From: a virus
Length of the DNA stretch: 64,000 nt
IMG/VR virus record: IMGVR_UViG_3300021375_000013
Location: 35,765 to 99,764 of that record
Direction: 5' to 3' (one strand)
A program made the translations under genes and the position numbers. Below, in pieces: positions 48,496 to 58,936 of this stretch (the first letter of the stretch is position 1; each line of letters starts with the position of its first letter). The notes beneath the pieces are model-generated. The model had not been told where the DNA came from. It ran no database searches and was given only the letters and a program-made list of their open reading frames with translations.

Positions 48496-49797
48496 ATGAA
48501 CAAACCTTTATTAGTATATCAAGCTCCTGTATTTACTCGAAGTGGTTATGGTGACCATGCTAGAGATATTCTCAGAAGTTTATTTGAATTGGATAGGTAT
48601 GATATTAAGATTGTACCAACACGTTGGGGAAATACTCCTCAAAATCAAGCTGACCCAACAACTGAATTTGGGCAGAAAATGTTATCTAACGTTGCAACTA
48701 GAGTTGATAGAAAACCAGATATTTTTATTCAAATGTCTGTTGCTAATGAGTTTGAACCAAAGGGTAATTTTAATATTGGTATTACTGCTGGTGTAGAAAC
48801 TACTGTATTACCAAAAGAATTTTTGGATGGTGGTAATAAGATGGATTTAATTATAGTACCATCTCAGTTTACTAAATCACTATTTGATAAAACACAATTC
48901 CAAGAACAAGATAAACAAACTAAACAAATAATTAAAACTTTCAAAAGTGAAAAACCTTGTGAAGTTTTATTTGAAGGGGTTAATAAAGAGTTATATGAAA
49001 ATCCACAATTTACTGAAGTAGATGTATTAGATGGAATTGAAAGTGATTTTAATTTCTTATTTGTTGGACATTGGTTAAAAGGTGGAATCGGACAAGATAG
49101 AAAAGATGTAGGAATGGTTATTAAAACATTCTCTACTGTTTTCAAATATCTACCTAAAGATAAAAGACCAGGTCTTATACTAAAAACATCATCAGCTGGA
49201 TTTTCTGTAATGGATAGAGAAAACACAAGACAAAAAATAGAACAAGCCATAAAAGGTTTAGAAGATGTACCACCAATTTATTTATTACATGGTGATTTAA
49301 AAGAATCTGAAATGGTTGAACTTTATAATCATTCTAAAGTAAAAGCAATGATTTCATTCACAAAAGGTGAGGGGTATGGTAGACCTTTAGCAGAATTCGC
49401 TACAACTGGTAAACCAATCATTGTTTCTAAGTGGAGTGGGCATGTAGATTTTTTACCTGAAGATAATACTGTTTTCTTATCGGGTCAATTGACAGATGTG
49501 GATAAATCAGCAGCAGATAAATTCTTATTAAAAGAATCCAAATGGTTTACAGTAAATTATTCTGAAGCCGCTAATAAGATTTATAAGGTATTCAATGAAT
49601 ATGATTCTTACCTAAAAAAATCACAAGGTTTAAGAGCAAATATTTTGAGTAATTTTACAATGGAAAAAATGACTGAACAATTGGGTAAACTTATGGATAA
49701 GTATGTTGGAAATATTCCAGTTCAAAAACCATTTCAACTACCTAAATTGAAAAAACAAGAACCTAAACTTAAATTACCAAAACTAAATAAGTTATAA
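48496..49797 (+). CDS. GT-B (GT4-like) glycosyltransferase
   Basis: SGYG.H.R, TAGVET, IVPS.F, FLFVG.W...RK, GEGYGRPL.E...GKPII..WSG. Confidence 0.88.
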   Translation: MNKPLLVYQAPVFTRSGYGDHARDILRSLFELDRYDIKIVPTRWGNTPQNQADPTTEFGQKMLSNVATRVDRKPDIFIQMSVANEFEPKGNFNIGITAGVETTVLPKEFLDGGNKMDLIIVPSQFTKSLFDKTQFQEQDKQTKQIIKTFKSEKPCEVLFEGVNKELYENPQFTEVDVLDGIESDFNFLFVGHWLKGGIGQDRKDVGMVIKTFSTVFKYLPKDKRPGLILKTSSAGFSVMDRENTRQKIEQAIKGLEDVPPIYLLHGDLKESEMVELYNHSKVKAMISFTKGEGYGRPLAEFATTGKPIIVSKWSGHVDFLPEDNTVFLSGQLTDVDKSAADKFLLKESKWFTVNYSEAANKIYKVFNEYDSYLKKSQGLRANILSNFTMEKMTEQLGKLMDKYVGNIPVQKPFQLPKLKKQEPKLKLPKLNKL

Positions 49798-50261
49798 TGA
49801 ATTACGCATCACAATATAGAACATTTATTGATATAGGAAGTCGAATTACAAAAGGAAGTATTCAACCTTACGGATTATATAAACTATCTACATACAAATA
49901 TGTTGATGAAGGAAGAAAAACTTTAAGAGGAAGTGAAGAAACTTTAATATTCGTTACAGGTATTTATGAAAAAAAAGTACAAGCTCTTAAATTATCCAAT
50001 ATCCCACCAGTAAAGTTTTTAAGATGGTTTAAACAAATTGCTAACAACACATATAAAGATAGTGGATTAGACCAAATTCCATTATATTCTTTTGAAAAAC
50101 CAATGGATGTTGGTGGTAATAGAATTTATGATATATACATAAAAAGAAATAAAGAATTTGTAGCAAAAGGAGCAGCTTTTAGAACTTATAAGTTAGATGG
50201 TATCCAATATGCAACTGAAGTATTTTTAAAGAAAAACGTTTTAGAACAATATTATGGTTAA
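49797..50261 (+). CDS. Hypothetical protein, weakly like T4 DNA end-protector proteins
   Basis: G.Y..Y.Y...LIFV.G....AL.L..IPP...AFRTY pattern. Confidence 0.35.
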   Translation: MNYASQYRTFIDIGSRITKGSIQPYGLYKLSTYKYVDEGRKTLRGSEETLIFVTGIYEKKVQALKLSNIPPVKFLRWFKQIANNTYKDSGLDQIPLYSFEKPMDVGGNRIYDIYIKRNKEFVAKGAAFRTYKLDGIQYATEVFLKKNVLEQYYG

Positions 50262-50883
50262 TGTTACATATGCAATTACAGTTTGTAATGAGATAAATGA
50301 GATTACAAAATTAGTAAACTTTCTTCATCCAAGAATCCAATCAGAAGATGAGATTTTGATTCAATATGATGAAGGTGGTGTAACTGATGATGTGAGAGGA
50401 TATTTACGAATTATAAATGATTTACATGATAATGTAAATGTAATTGGATTCCCACTTAATAAAGATTTTGCATCTTATAAAAATAACTTAAAGAATCATG
50501 CAAAGGGTATCTTCATTTTCCAAATAGATGCTGATGAATTACCAAATGAATATTTGATTACAAATATGCATGATTTATTAGAAGCAAATTTGGATATTGA
50601 TTTATTTTTTGTACCAAGAGTAAACACAGTTAAAGGATTGACACCAGAACACATCCAAAAATGGAGATGGAATGTAAATGAAAAAGGATGGGTGAATTGG
50701 CCTGATGTTCAGACACGAATTTATAGAAGAACTTCTGAAATAGAATGGGAAGGTAAGGTACATGAAAGAATTAAAGGTTACAACACAATGACTTATTTAC
50801 CATTAGAGGAAGATTTTGCATTGTATCACCCAAAAGATATAGATAGACAAGAAAAACAAAATGCTTTATACGAAACAATATAA
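50254..50883 (+). CDS. GT2 glycosyltransferase
   Basis: V.NE, DF...KN, IFQIDADE, VPR.N, WPD.Q.R, W.G.VHE. Confidence 0.85.
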   Translation: MVNVTYAITVCNEINEITKLVNFLHPRIQSEDEILIQYDEGGVTDDVRGYLRIINDLHDNVNVIGFPLNKDFASYKNNLKNHAKGIFIFQIDADELPNEYLITNMHDLLEANLDIDLFFVPRVNTVKGLTPEHIQKWRWNVNEKGWVNWPDVQTRIYRRTSEIEWEGKVHERIKGYNTMTYLPLEEDFALYHPKDIDRQEKQNALYETI

Positions 50884-51461
50884 TGGGACAACACAATTTT
50901 TCCGAAGAAGTTATAGTAGAACTCTTCAAAAGAGAACCAATAGATGTTTGGATAAATTCCTTTGGAGGGTGTAGGTCAAACTATATCAGAGATTGTATCA
51001 AAGATAAGTACACCACTTACAACTTTGCTTATGAAATGAAAGCATGTCATTACATCAGACCTTTGGATGTACAAGTTGGTAGTGGTATTTTTTGTTATAC
51101 TGAAGATGTTGGTATCGCAATATCATCTCAAATTAAAAGAGGAATGTATCATAACTTTCAGAAATTAATGAGAGGTGATAATGAAGTTCCATTTAGTGTT
51201 GATATTTGGTTAGATAATATTGATAAACAAATTGATAATTGGACTAAACCATCTAACTTCCCAATTGTAATTATCAATACTGATGTTGTTGGTGATTATA
51301 AAGATAAATTTGAAGAAATTTACGAAGTAGAAATGCTGTCATTTAAAAAAAGAAGTACTTCAGAGTATATTGATGAAGTAAAACCATACTCAGATAAAAT
51401 AGAAAAAATAAATACTAAATTAAGAAACTTACCAAACTTTAGTGTAAATGAAAAAATTTAA
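50883..51461 (+). CDS. Possible sulfotransferase-like/P-loop protein
   Basis: WINSFGGCRSNY resembles a degenerate PAPS-binding loop; located in the glycan island. Confidence 0.35.
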   Translation: MGQHNFSEEVIVELFKREPIDVWINSFGGCRSNYIRDCIKDKYTTYNFAYEMKACHYIRPLDVQVGSGIFCYTEDVGIAISSQIKRGMYHNFQKLMRGDNEVPFSVDIWLDNIDKQIDNWTKPSNFPIVIINTDVVGDYKDKFEEIYEVEMLSFKKRSTSEYIDEVKPYSDKIEKINTKLRNLPNFSVNEKI

Positions 51462-51966
51462 CAAAATATTTGTATGTGGTTTATCAAGAACTGGTAGTAA
51501 AAGTTTAGGTGATTATTTTAAGCTATTAGATTTAAAAGTTCAACATAATGGAGGACAAGTTCTTAATCCTTCATTATTTTCTGAAATTGATGTTTTATTG
51601 GATGATAAACAAACCCAATTCTTATATGAAGTTTTAAATCAGAAATTTCCAAATTCACTTTTTGTTTATACAAATAGAAATGATGAAAGTTGGGTAAATA
51701 AAATAATCGATTGGAAGTCAGATTATAGCTACATCTATCACCAATCATTTGGGATAGGTGAAGGAACAACCCCAGATACAAAAGAAATGTTAACTTCTTT
51801 TAAACAACAACATTTTATTAGATTTAAATCATTTGCAACTGAATTACCAAATGATAGAGTTTTATATTTGGATTTAGAAGATAATGAAAAGGGTGAAAAA
51901 GTTTGTGAATTTTTAAATGTAGAATATAATCCAAAATTAGAATATCCAAACATAAAATATAGATAA
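51448..51966 (+). CDS. Sulfotransferase-family protein
   Basis: KIFVCGLSRTGSKSL 5'-PSB loop, FPNS.F..T.R...SW, LDL......CEFL. Confidence 0.7.
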   Translation: MKKFNKIFVCGLSRTGSKSLGDYFKLLDLKVQHNGGQVLNPSLFSEIDVLLDDKQTQFLYEVLNQKFPNSLFVYTNRNDESWVNKIIDWKSDYSYIYHQSFGIGEGTTPDTKEMLTSFKQQHFIRFKSFATELPNDRVLYLDLEDNEKGEKVCEFLNVEYNPKLEYPNIKYR

Positions 51967-52739
51967 TGGAAAATATTATATTATTTGTTAAAAGTTATAG
52001 AGGTGATTTACAAAGATGTATGGAATTAGCTAAAAGTATTGAAAAATACAATAAAGATAACATACCATTTTATATATCAGTTCCAACTGGAGATATTGAA
52101 TTATTTAAACAAAATATACCTCAATGTAAGAACATAATAGATGATAATATCATAACTCAAAATTCGGATGGTTGGATAGGTCAACAAATGGTAAAATCAT
52201 TGGTATATAAATTGAATTTGTGTAAATTCTATGTTTGTTTAGATTCAGATGTTTATTTCTTCAAAGATTTTTATATTAAGGATTTCTTATATACTAAGGA
52301 TATTCCTTATATGATAATGCATGAGAGAGATGATTTTTATGAATTCGTAGATAGATTTCCAGAATTGATGACTTATGATGTAAGAGCTGGACACGAAGGT
52401 GAATATAAATCTATTATGGCTCACTTTGGTAGAGAAGGTAAAATATACCATTATGGAATATCTCCTTATATTTGGGATACTAAAGTTTGGGAGTGGTTAG
52501 ATACTGAGTGGGGATTGGATACTTTATTTGCAAAACATGCAAATGAATTAAAGTGGTATGGTGAAGGGGCATTAGCAATGGGTACACCAATGATGCCAAC
52601 ATCACCTTTATTTAAAGAATTTCACTTTCCTGGTCAATATCAATTATATAAACAATTAGGTTGGAAAGAAGAACACTTCCATAAACAATATATGGGTATT
52701 GTAATGCAGAGTAATTGGGGAGCACCTTTAAAATATTAA
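51966..52739 (+). CDS. GT-A-like protein (DUF6492-like)
   Basis: KSY..DL.R...L..SI, GW..QQ.VK, LDSD..F. Confidence 0.6.
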   Translation: MENIILFVKSYRGDLQRCMELAKSIEKYNKDNIPFYISVPTGDIELFKQNIPQCKNIIDDNIITQNSDGWIGQQMVKSLVYKLNLCKFYVCLDSDVYFFKDFYIKDFLYTKDIPYMIMHERDDFYEFVDRFPELMTYDVRAGHEGEYKSIMAHFGREGKIYHYGISPYIWDTKVWEWLDTEWGLDTLFAKHANELKWYGEGALAMGTPMMPTSPLFKEFHFPGQYQLYKQLGWKEEHFHKQYMGIVMQSNWGAPLKY

Positions 52740-52741
52740 GA

Positions 52742-53578
52742 ATGATAACATTTTGTATTTCAACATATAATAATTTAGAATATCTAAAGATAGCAGTAGA
52801 TAGTGTTCGTAAGAATTCTTTCTATAAAGAAGCACCATTTATCATACATGCAGAAAATTGTACTGATGGAACAAATGAGTGGTTAAAAGAAAATTCTGAA
52901 AAATATAACTTAGAATACTATTTGGATAAAAATGATAATCCAAAGGGAATCGGTGGTGGTATGAACTTTTGTGCTGATAGAGTAGAAACTGATTACATTA
53001 TGTTTTTACATTCAGATTTTTATGTAACTCCTAATTGGGATAAAGCTCTGATGGATACACACAACAAATATCCAAATGAAAAATTATGGGTAAATTCACA
53101 TAGAGTAGAACCTCAAATGTTTCCTAACTCACAAAGTAGACCAGGTACAGTTGTAGTTGCAAAAGAAACTTTTGGAGCATACCATAATGATTTTAAACCA
53201 ATGTTGTTTGATAAATACGCTGAGATATTCACTTCAGAAAATGATTTTGAGATTCCAAAAGGTGAAGGTGTAAGTGGATTGATTAAAAAAGAACATTGGG
53301 ATGCGATTGGTGGGAATGACCCACTATTTGCTCCGGCATCTTATGATGATATGGATTTATTCCTAAGAATGTTACAAAATGGATTTAGATTCATTTTACC
53401 AACAACTTCATTAGTTTGGCACTTTGGAGCTAGAGGTTCACATAGATTAGAAGAAAACGATGGTAGAACATCTGAAAGACAAATAAAAGCAGAACAATCC
53501 AATATTCAAAAATGGGTATCAAAGTGGGGTTCACCTCCAACCTTTGATGAATATGGAATGATAAATGGTGTACGATGA
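52742..53578 (+). CDS. GT2 glycosyltransferase (start corrected to ATG 52742)
   Basis: I.TYNNL.YL, C.DGT.EWL, FLHSD, IGG.D..F.P...DD.DL..R, HF. Confidence 0.88.
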   Translation: MITFCISTYNNLEYLKIAVDSVRKNSFYKEAPFIIHAENCTDGTNEWLKENSEKYNLEYYLDKNDNPKGIGGGMNFCADRVETDYIMFLHSDFYVTPNWDKALMDTHNKYPNEKLWVNSHRVEPQMFPNSQSRPGTVVVAKETFGAYHNDFKPMLFDKYAEIFTSENDFEIPKGEGVSGLIKKEHWDAIGGNDPLFAPASYDDMDLFLRMLQNGFRFILPTTSLVWHFGARGSHRLEENDGRTSERQIKAEQSNIQKWVSKWGSPPTFDEYGMINGVR

Positions 53579-54369
53579 AAGTATTCGAATACAACAATGG
53601 AAATGAACAATTTCCACATAGAGCAAAAAATTGGGGAGATATCGTATCCTATCCATTAGTTAAAACAATCTCACAAAGTGAAAAAGTTGAACTAACTAAC
53701 GATAGAGTAAATGGTAAACTTATTGTTGTAGGTTCAGTATTACAGCATTTAAACCCAACGGATTTAGTATGGGGTGGTGGTTGTATTGACCAAAACCATA
53801 TATCAGCCATACCTAATAAGGTATTCGCTGTGAGAGGACCTCTTACAAGACATGAGTTATTATCAAAAGGTATTGAATGTCCTCCTATATATGGAGACCC
53901 TGCTTTATTGATGCCGTACATTACGGATTATAAAAGAAAGGAACCAAACTACAAATATGGATTGATTCCACATTATGCTGATGAATATGAAATTGAGGTT
54001 AAAAATCTAAAAAATCAAGGTGTAAAGATTATTGATATTTGTGGTGGGTTAGAAAAATTTATGGAGGATATTATGGATGTTGAGTTTATTTTATCTTCAT
54101 CGTTACATGGATTAATTGCAGCTGATGCTTGGGGTATTCCAAACGCTAGAGTTATTATTAAAGGAACTCTTTATGGTGGACATTTTAAGTTTATCGATTA
54201 TTGTTTATCGGTAAATAGAAAAATTGATTATGGATATCAATTAACACCAACAACTTCATTGGAAAATTTGAGTAAAATTAAATACAATGATAAAATCCAA
54301 TTCAACGCTGAACAATTAGTTAATTCAGCACCTTGGAACGATAATGATTATAAACATTTGTTTTATTAA
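53575..54369 (+). CDS. Polysaccharide pyruvyl transferase (ExoV-like)
   Basis: NWGD, VGS.L, VWG.G, AVRGPLT, GDPALL, GLIPHY, SSSLHGLI.ADA.GIP, FKF.DY. Confidence 0.88.
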   Translation: MKVFEYNNGNEQFPHRAKNWGDIVSYPLVKTISQSEKVELTNDRVNGKLIVVGSVLQHLNPTDLVWGGGCIDQNHISAIPNKVFAVRGPLTRHELLSKGIECPPIYGDPALLMPYITDYKRKEPNYKYGLIPHYADEYEIEVKNLKNQGVKIIDICGGLEKFMEDIMDVEFILSSSLHGLIAADAWGIPNARVIIKGTLYGGHFKFIDYCLSVNRKIDYGYQLTPTTSLENLSKIKYNDKIQFNAEQLVNSAPWNDNDYKHLFY

Positions 54370-54388
54370 AAATAATTTAGTATATTTG
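54357..54388 (+). promoter_or_regulatory. Bacteroidota-type promoter inside the glycan island
   Basis: TTTG-N20-TATATTTG; ATG follows 4 nt later. Confidence 0.7.
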
Positions 54389-54392
54389 TAAG

Positions 54393-55154
54393 ATGTATTT
54401 AGAAGTAAATCAAACAATAGAAGAAACTGTAAATCTAATCAAAGATAGAATTAGAACAAACACACCATTAGCAATTTCAAGATATGGTGATGGGGAGATT
54501 TATTTTCTAAATAGAAACTCACCACCAGAACATCAACAAAGAGGTTGTAATGATTGGGGATATAATTATCCAAATGATGTAAATAAATTTTATGATGATG
54601 CTGGTAGAATTCTGATTAATGGTATTCAGAATAGTGATGTTATTGGTATAATGGATAAAAATAATGATATATCTAAATCCATAAATTATAAAGAAGAAAA
54701 GTGGTCAATTAAAAAATCCTTATTAGAGGAAAATGATGTAGATATATCTAATCTGATAATATGTGACCATATGTTACCAAGAAACGAAAAATTTGGAAAA
54801 CCTGAAAATTTTAAAGAAATTCTTCAAGGTAAAAGTTTGAATATAATCAGTCCTAATACAGATATTCTTAAAACAAAAAATTTAAGTAAAATGTTTGATG
54901 CTGAAGTAACATATACTCATCATCCATATAATGTTAATTTAAGAAATAGGGATGAATTTATACAATCATTTGATAACATAAAATCAGATGTTGTTTTAGT
55001 TGGTTGTGGTATTCAAAAAGATTATGTATCTTATTTGAGATATAATCATAATAAAATTGCAATAGATGTTGGTGCTTTATTAGATGCTTGGTCTGGATTA
55101 TTAACAAGACCTTGGTTTGGTAAGGGTGGAAAACAAGAATACTTAGTTTTATGA
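54393..55154 (+). CDS. GT-D fold (DUF1792-like) glycosyltransferase
   Basis: ISRYGDGE, VLVGCG, AIDVG...D. Confidence 0.75.
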   Translation: MYLEVNQTIEETVNLIKDRIRTNTPLAISRYGDGEIYFLNRNSPPEHQQRGCNDWGYNYPNDVNKFYDDAGRILINGIQNSDVIGIMDKNNDISKSINYKEEKWSIKKSLLEENDVDISNLIICDHMLPRNEKFGKPENFKEILQGKSLNIISPNTDILKTKNLSKMFDAEVTYTHHPYNVNLRNRDEFIQSFDNIKSDVVLVGCGIQKDYVSYLRYNHNKIAIDVGALLDAWSGLLTRPWFGKGGKQEYLVL

Positions 55155-56518
55155 AAACAAAATTAGTAATATTTGATTTAGATGGTGTTTTGGTTGAGGC
55201 TAAGAACATCCACTTTGATGCACTTAATACAGCATTAGGTGATGATTATGCAATTAGTTGGAAAGAACACTTATCAACATATGATGGATTAAAAACATTC
55301 CAAAAGTTAGATATGTTAAGTGAGCAAAAAGGATTACCAACTGAAATACATAAACAAATTTGGGAAAGTAAACAAAAGTTGACTTTACAAAAGTTAAAAG
55401 AATTGAAACCAAATCAAAATCTACAACAACTAATGAATGCATTAGTAGATGAGGGATATAAGATATCAGTATGCTCCAACTCAATTAGAAAGACAGTTCT
55501 AACTGTACTTTCAAAGTTGGGATTAATGGAGTATATGGATTACATCATATCAAACGAAGATGTACAAAACTCTAAACCTCATCCAGAGATGTATTGGAGA
55601 GCAATATCAAAGATGGGATGTTTACCTGAAGAAACTTTAATTGTAGAAGATTCACCATATGGGTTACTTGCAGCATCTCGTTCTAAAGCTCATGTGTTAA
55701 GAGTAAAAAATCCAACCGAAGTAACTTATACAAATATATTTAAAAAACTAACTGAAATAGAAATGGGAAAAACAAACGATTTACCAAAATGGGAAGATAA
55801 GAAAATGAATGTACTAATTCCAATGGCTGGAGCTGGTAGTAGATTTCAACAAGCAGGATACACTTTCCCAAAACCATTGATTGATGTAGAAGGAAAACCT
55901 ATGATTCAAGTTGTGGTAGAAAATCTGAATATAGATGCTAACTTTATCTTTGTAGTTCAGAAAGAACATAGAGAACAATATAACTTAGATACATTACTTA
56001 ATCTAATAGCACCTAACTCTAAGGTAGTTGAGGTAGATGGTTTAACTGAAGGAGCTGCTTGTACGGCACTTTTGGCAAAAGAATATATTGATAATGATAA
56101 TCCTTTATTCTTCGCTAACTCAGACCAATTTGTAGAATGGGATTCAACTGAGTTTATGTATAAGATGAATGAAACTGATGCAGATGGTGGGATTGTATCA
56201 TTTAGAGCAACACATCCAAAGTGGAGTTTCGCTAAAGTAAATGATGAAGGATTAGTAACTGAAGTTGCTGAAAAGAATCCAATATCAGATATAGCAACAG
56301 TTGGATATTACTATTGGAAGAATGGTTCTGATTTTGTAAAGTATGCAGAAGAAATGATTGAAAACGATATCAGAGTAAATGGAGAGTTTTATGTTTGTCC
56401 TGTATTTAATCAAGCAATTGAAGATAACAAAGAGATTCGTACCTTTGATATTCCTAAAATGTGGGGATTGGGTACACCTGAAGATTTAAAATACTATTTA
56501 GAAAACTATGGTAAATAA
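55151..56518 (+). CDS. HAD phosphatase fused to a nucleotidyltransferase (NTP-sugar pyrophosphorylase-like) domain
   Basis: FDLDGVL, CSNS, KPHPE, VEDS; LIPMAGAGSRF...PKPLI, T.GAA.T, NSDQ, EK..IS, GEFY, LGTPEDL. Confidence 0.85.
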   Translation: MKTKLVIFDLDGVLVEAKNIHFDALNTALGDDYAISWKEHLSTYDGLKTFQKLDMLSEQKGLPTEIHKQIWESKQKLTLQKLKELKPNQNLQQLMNALVDEGYKISVCSNSIRKTVLTVLSKLGLMEYMDYIISNEDVQNSKPHPEMYWRAISKMGCLPEETLIVEDSPYGLLAASRSKAHVLRVKNPTEVTYTNIFKKLTEIEMGKTNDLPKWEDKKMNVLIPMAGAGSRFQQAGYTFPKPLIDVEGKPMIQVVVENLNIDANFIFVVQKEHREQYNLDTLLNLIAPNSKVVEVDGLTEGAACTALLAKEYIDNDNPLFFANSDQFVEWDSTEFMYKMNETDADGGIVSFRATHPKWSFAKVNDEGLVTEVAEKNPISDIATVGYYYWKNGSDFVKYAEEMIENDIRVNGEFYVCPVFNQAIEDNKEIRTFDIPKMWGLGTPEDLKYYLENYGK

Positions 56519-57668
56519 CGTTACATTAGTTATTCCAACATATAATAACTTAAAACATATTAAAAACGCTTATACATCGATTCGTAAATACTATCCAACG
56601 TTAGAGTTAGTATTATTGGATGATGGTTCCTCAGATGGTACATTTGAGTGGTTAGAATCTATTGAAGAAAAAGATGGGAATGTAGTTTTGTATCAAAGTG
56701 AAGAAAGAGTAGGACATACTATCTTATATGATGTGGGTATTGATATGGCTAAAAATGAAATCATTGGTATTATTCATGCTGATATGATTGTTAGTGAAAA
56801 CTACTTAGAAAATCTACTTAAACATTTGGATAAAGGTAAGGTAGTTTGTGGTACTAGAATAGAACCACCATTACATCCACCAGGTAACGAAAAGATTGTA
56901 CAAAACTTTGGAATGGATTTCGATGATTTGAATATCCCAGCATTTGAAGAGTTTGTTAAAACAGCACAATTAGAAAATAAAGATGTAACTACTAAAGGTA
57001 TGTTTGCACCTTGGATTCTATATAAAGAGGATTTCCAATCTATTGGTGGACATGACCCATTATTCGCACCATTCCCTTATGAGGACAGTGATATCTTTCA
57101 AAGATGGATATTAGCTGGATACGAATTGATTCAAAGTAGAGATTCATTTGTATATCATCTAACTTGTAGAGGACATCGGTGGAATGAACAAGTTCAGAAA
57201 GATGATGATTACTACAAAGTAGCATCCAATAAAGCAGCAAGAAACTATTTGAGAAAATGGGGAATATGGATTGAAAATGATTCTTACCAATATCCAATCA
57301 TAACACCAAAGTATGATATTGAATTCAGAATATTTAATTCAAATTCACAACTACTTAAAGTGTTAGAACCTTGGTGTGGTAGAATCTATGTTGATTTATA
57401 TAAAGATGAGGTTGAAAAATATATTAAAGAAGAACAACCAAACACACTTATAGATTTATCTACTAAAATTAATCAAACAGCTAATTCAGATATTGTAATT
57501 AGAATGGATGGTAATAAATTTACACAAGAGGATTTTAAACTGATTCAACAACTTCCAAAAATTATAAAGGATAGTGGTGAAGTTGGAAAATTTACTTTGG
57601 GTAATTTAGAAATCACAATAAATTCTTTGGAAGAATATCAGAATTCACTAATAAATGTAAATCGATGA
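56508..57668 (+). CDS. GT2 glycosyltransferase
   Basis: VIPTYN, DDGSSDGT, IHADM, IGG.D..F.P..EDSD, YH. Confidence 0.88.
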   Translation: MVNNVTLVIPTYNNLKHIKNAYTSIRKYYPTLELVLLDDGSSDGTFEWLESIEEKDGNVVLYQSEERVGHTILYDVGIDMAKNEIIGIIHADMIVSENYLENLLKHLDKGKVVCGTRIEPPLHPPGNEKIVQNFGMDFDDLNIPAFEEFVKTAQLENKDVTTKGMFAPWILYKEDFQSIGGHDPLFAPFPYEDSDIFQRWILAGYELIQSRDSFVYHLTCRGHRWNEQVQKDDDYYKVASNKAARNYLRKWGIWIENDSYQYPIITPKYDIEFRIFNSNSQLLKVLEPWCGRIYVDLYKDEVEKYIKEEQPNTLIDLSTKINQTANSDIVIRMDGNKFTQEDFKLIQQLPKIIKDSGEVGKFTLGNLEITINSLEEYQNSLINVNR

Positions 57669-58555
57669 GTAAAACTTTAGTTGTAACCCATGTAATGCCA
57701 ATGGAATTGGAAATGTTTGAAAGATTCATTTCTTATTATAAGAATTGTTTCAAATATTTGGATAATCAAGATGATGTAACTATGTATGTTACTTTAAATC
57801 TAAATCCAAAGTTGACTGATTGGGATAAAAGTGAACTAAAACAACAATGGTTTATAAATAAGTTTACTGAAGCTATGATAGGAATACCATCACATCTTCA
57901 GATTATAGTAGATGAATCAGTATGGGGAACAACCCAACAAAAAAGAGATGTATCTTTTTTAGATTACGATTACTTTATATTCGTTGACCCAGATATTTCA
58001 GTACATGAGCAACAACTGAAGTTACAAATAATGGCAGCTGAACAAATATCATCTGAATCAGATTTCTTTGTACTTTCACCAAATATTCCAAGATGGTGGG
58101 ATAATACTTGGGATGTAGTAGTTCATCCAAATAATAGAAATGATGAATTGGGTAAGTTTAGATTAAAACAAACATTTATTGATACATTTACTCAAAATCC
58201 AAATGAAATGAGTATTAGAAGAATTGGTGAGTTTAAATTTGGATGTGGTATGCACACCCTATACTCTAAGAAGTTTTGGGAAACCTTTAGAATACCCGAA
58301 GAGTTTGGAGGATATGGTTCTGAGGATACATTTGGTATGATAGCATCAACTGAATCGGCTAAGTTTGGAATAGATGTAAGACAATATGTTTTAGATGGAT
58401 TGTACATCACCGAAGATAAAGATGAAGTACATAGAGAACCATCATATAAAGATAAAATATCAGTATTTAGAGTGAAAGAAGATGGTAAAGCAAAATCTAT
58501 GGAAATCATGCCTATGGTAATTAGTAGATTAGGAAAATCTCTCTTAAATCAATAA
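57665..58555 (+). CDS. GT-A-like glycosyltransferase
   Basis: FIFVDPD (DxD), FGGYGSEDT (GYG.ED). Confidence 0.65.
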   Translation: MSKTLVVTHVMPMELEMFERFISYYKNCFKYLDNQDDVTMYVTLNLNPKLTDWDKSELKQQWFINKFTEAMIGIPSHLQIIVDESVWGTTQQKRDVSFLDYDYFIFVDPDISVHEQQLKLQIMAAEQISSESDFFVLSPNIPRWWDNTWDVVVHPNNRNDELGKFRLKQTFIDTFTQNPNEMSIRRIGEFKFGCGMHTLYSKKFWETFRIPEEFGGYGSEDTFGMIASTESAKFGIDVRQYVLDGLYITEDKDEVHREPSYKDKISVFRVKEDGKAKSMEIMPMVISRLGKSLLNQ

Positions 58556-58623
58556 CTTTAATATTTATATCAAATAAGTTTCAATAATAAAGGTTTTATA
58601 ATTTAATCTAAAAGAAATTTATT

Positions 58624-58851
58624 ATGGCATTTAAAGATATGTTTAAAGACGAAAATGACATTAACGAAAAATCGGTTGTTGGATTCGCATCATTCGCTAT
58701 GATGTGTTTATTTGCAATAGCTGATATCGCTACTGGATTTTTTGGAAAAGATTTAGTTATTCAGGAATTCATCTATAACTCATTCGTCATCATTACACTT
58801 GGTTCGTTTGGTATAGCTGAAGCTGGTAAAATCTTTGGAAAGAAAGAATAA
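58624..58851 (+). CDS. Holin-like two-TM membrane protein
   Basis: 75 aa, two hydrophobic helices, basic C-terminus; preceded by ATATTTATA. Confidence 0.5.
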   Translation: MAFKDMFKDENDINEKSVVGFASFAMMCLFAIADIATGFFGKDLVIQEFIYNSFVIITLGSFGIAEAGKIFGKKE

Positions 58852-58882
58852 AACATAAACCCTCTTCGGAGGGTATTGTTTT
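58851..58882 (+). terminator. cUUCGg-tetraloop terminator
   Basis: ACCCTC-TTCG-GAGGGT followed by attgtttt. Confidence 0.7.
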
Positions 58883-58936
58883 CTTCCTTTAAATCAAAAT
58901 ACATTATATTTATCTTTAGATAACAATATAACTGAT

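Noticed and set aside
46782-58555. Host chromosomal capsule/LPS locus (prophage boundary or chimeric contig)
   Set aside because: Same strand, composition and phage promoter motifs as the flanks; phage-type genes are interspersed; no wzx/wzy/wza or sugar-pathway housekeeping genes.
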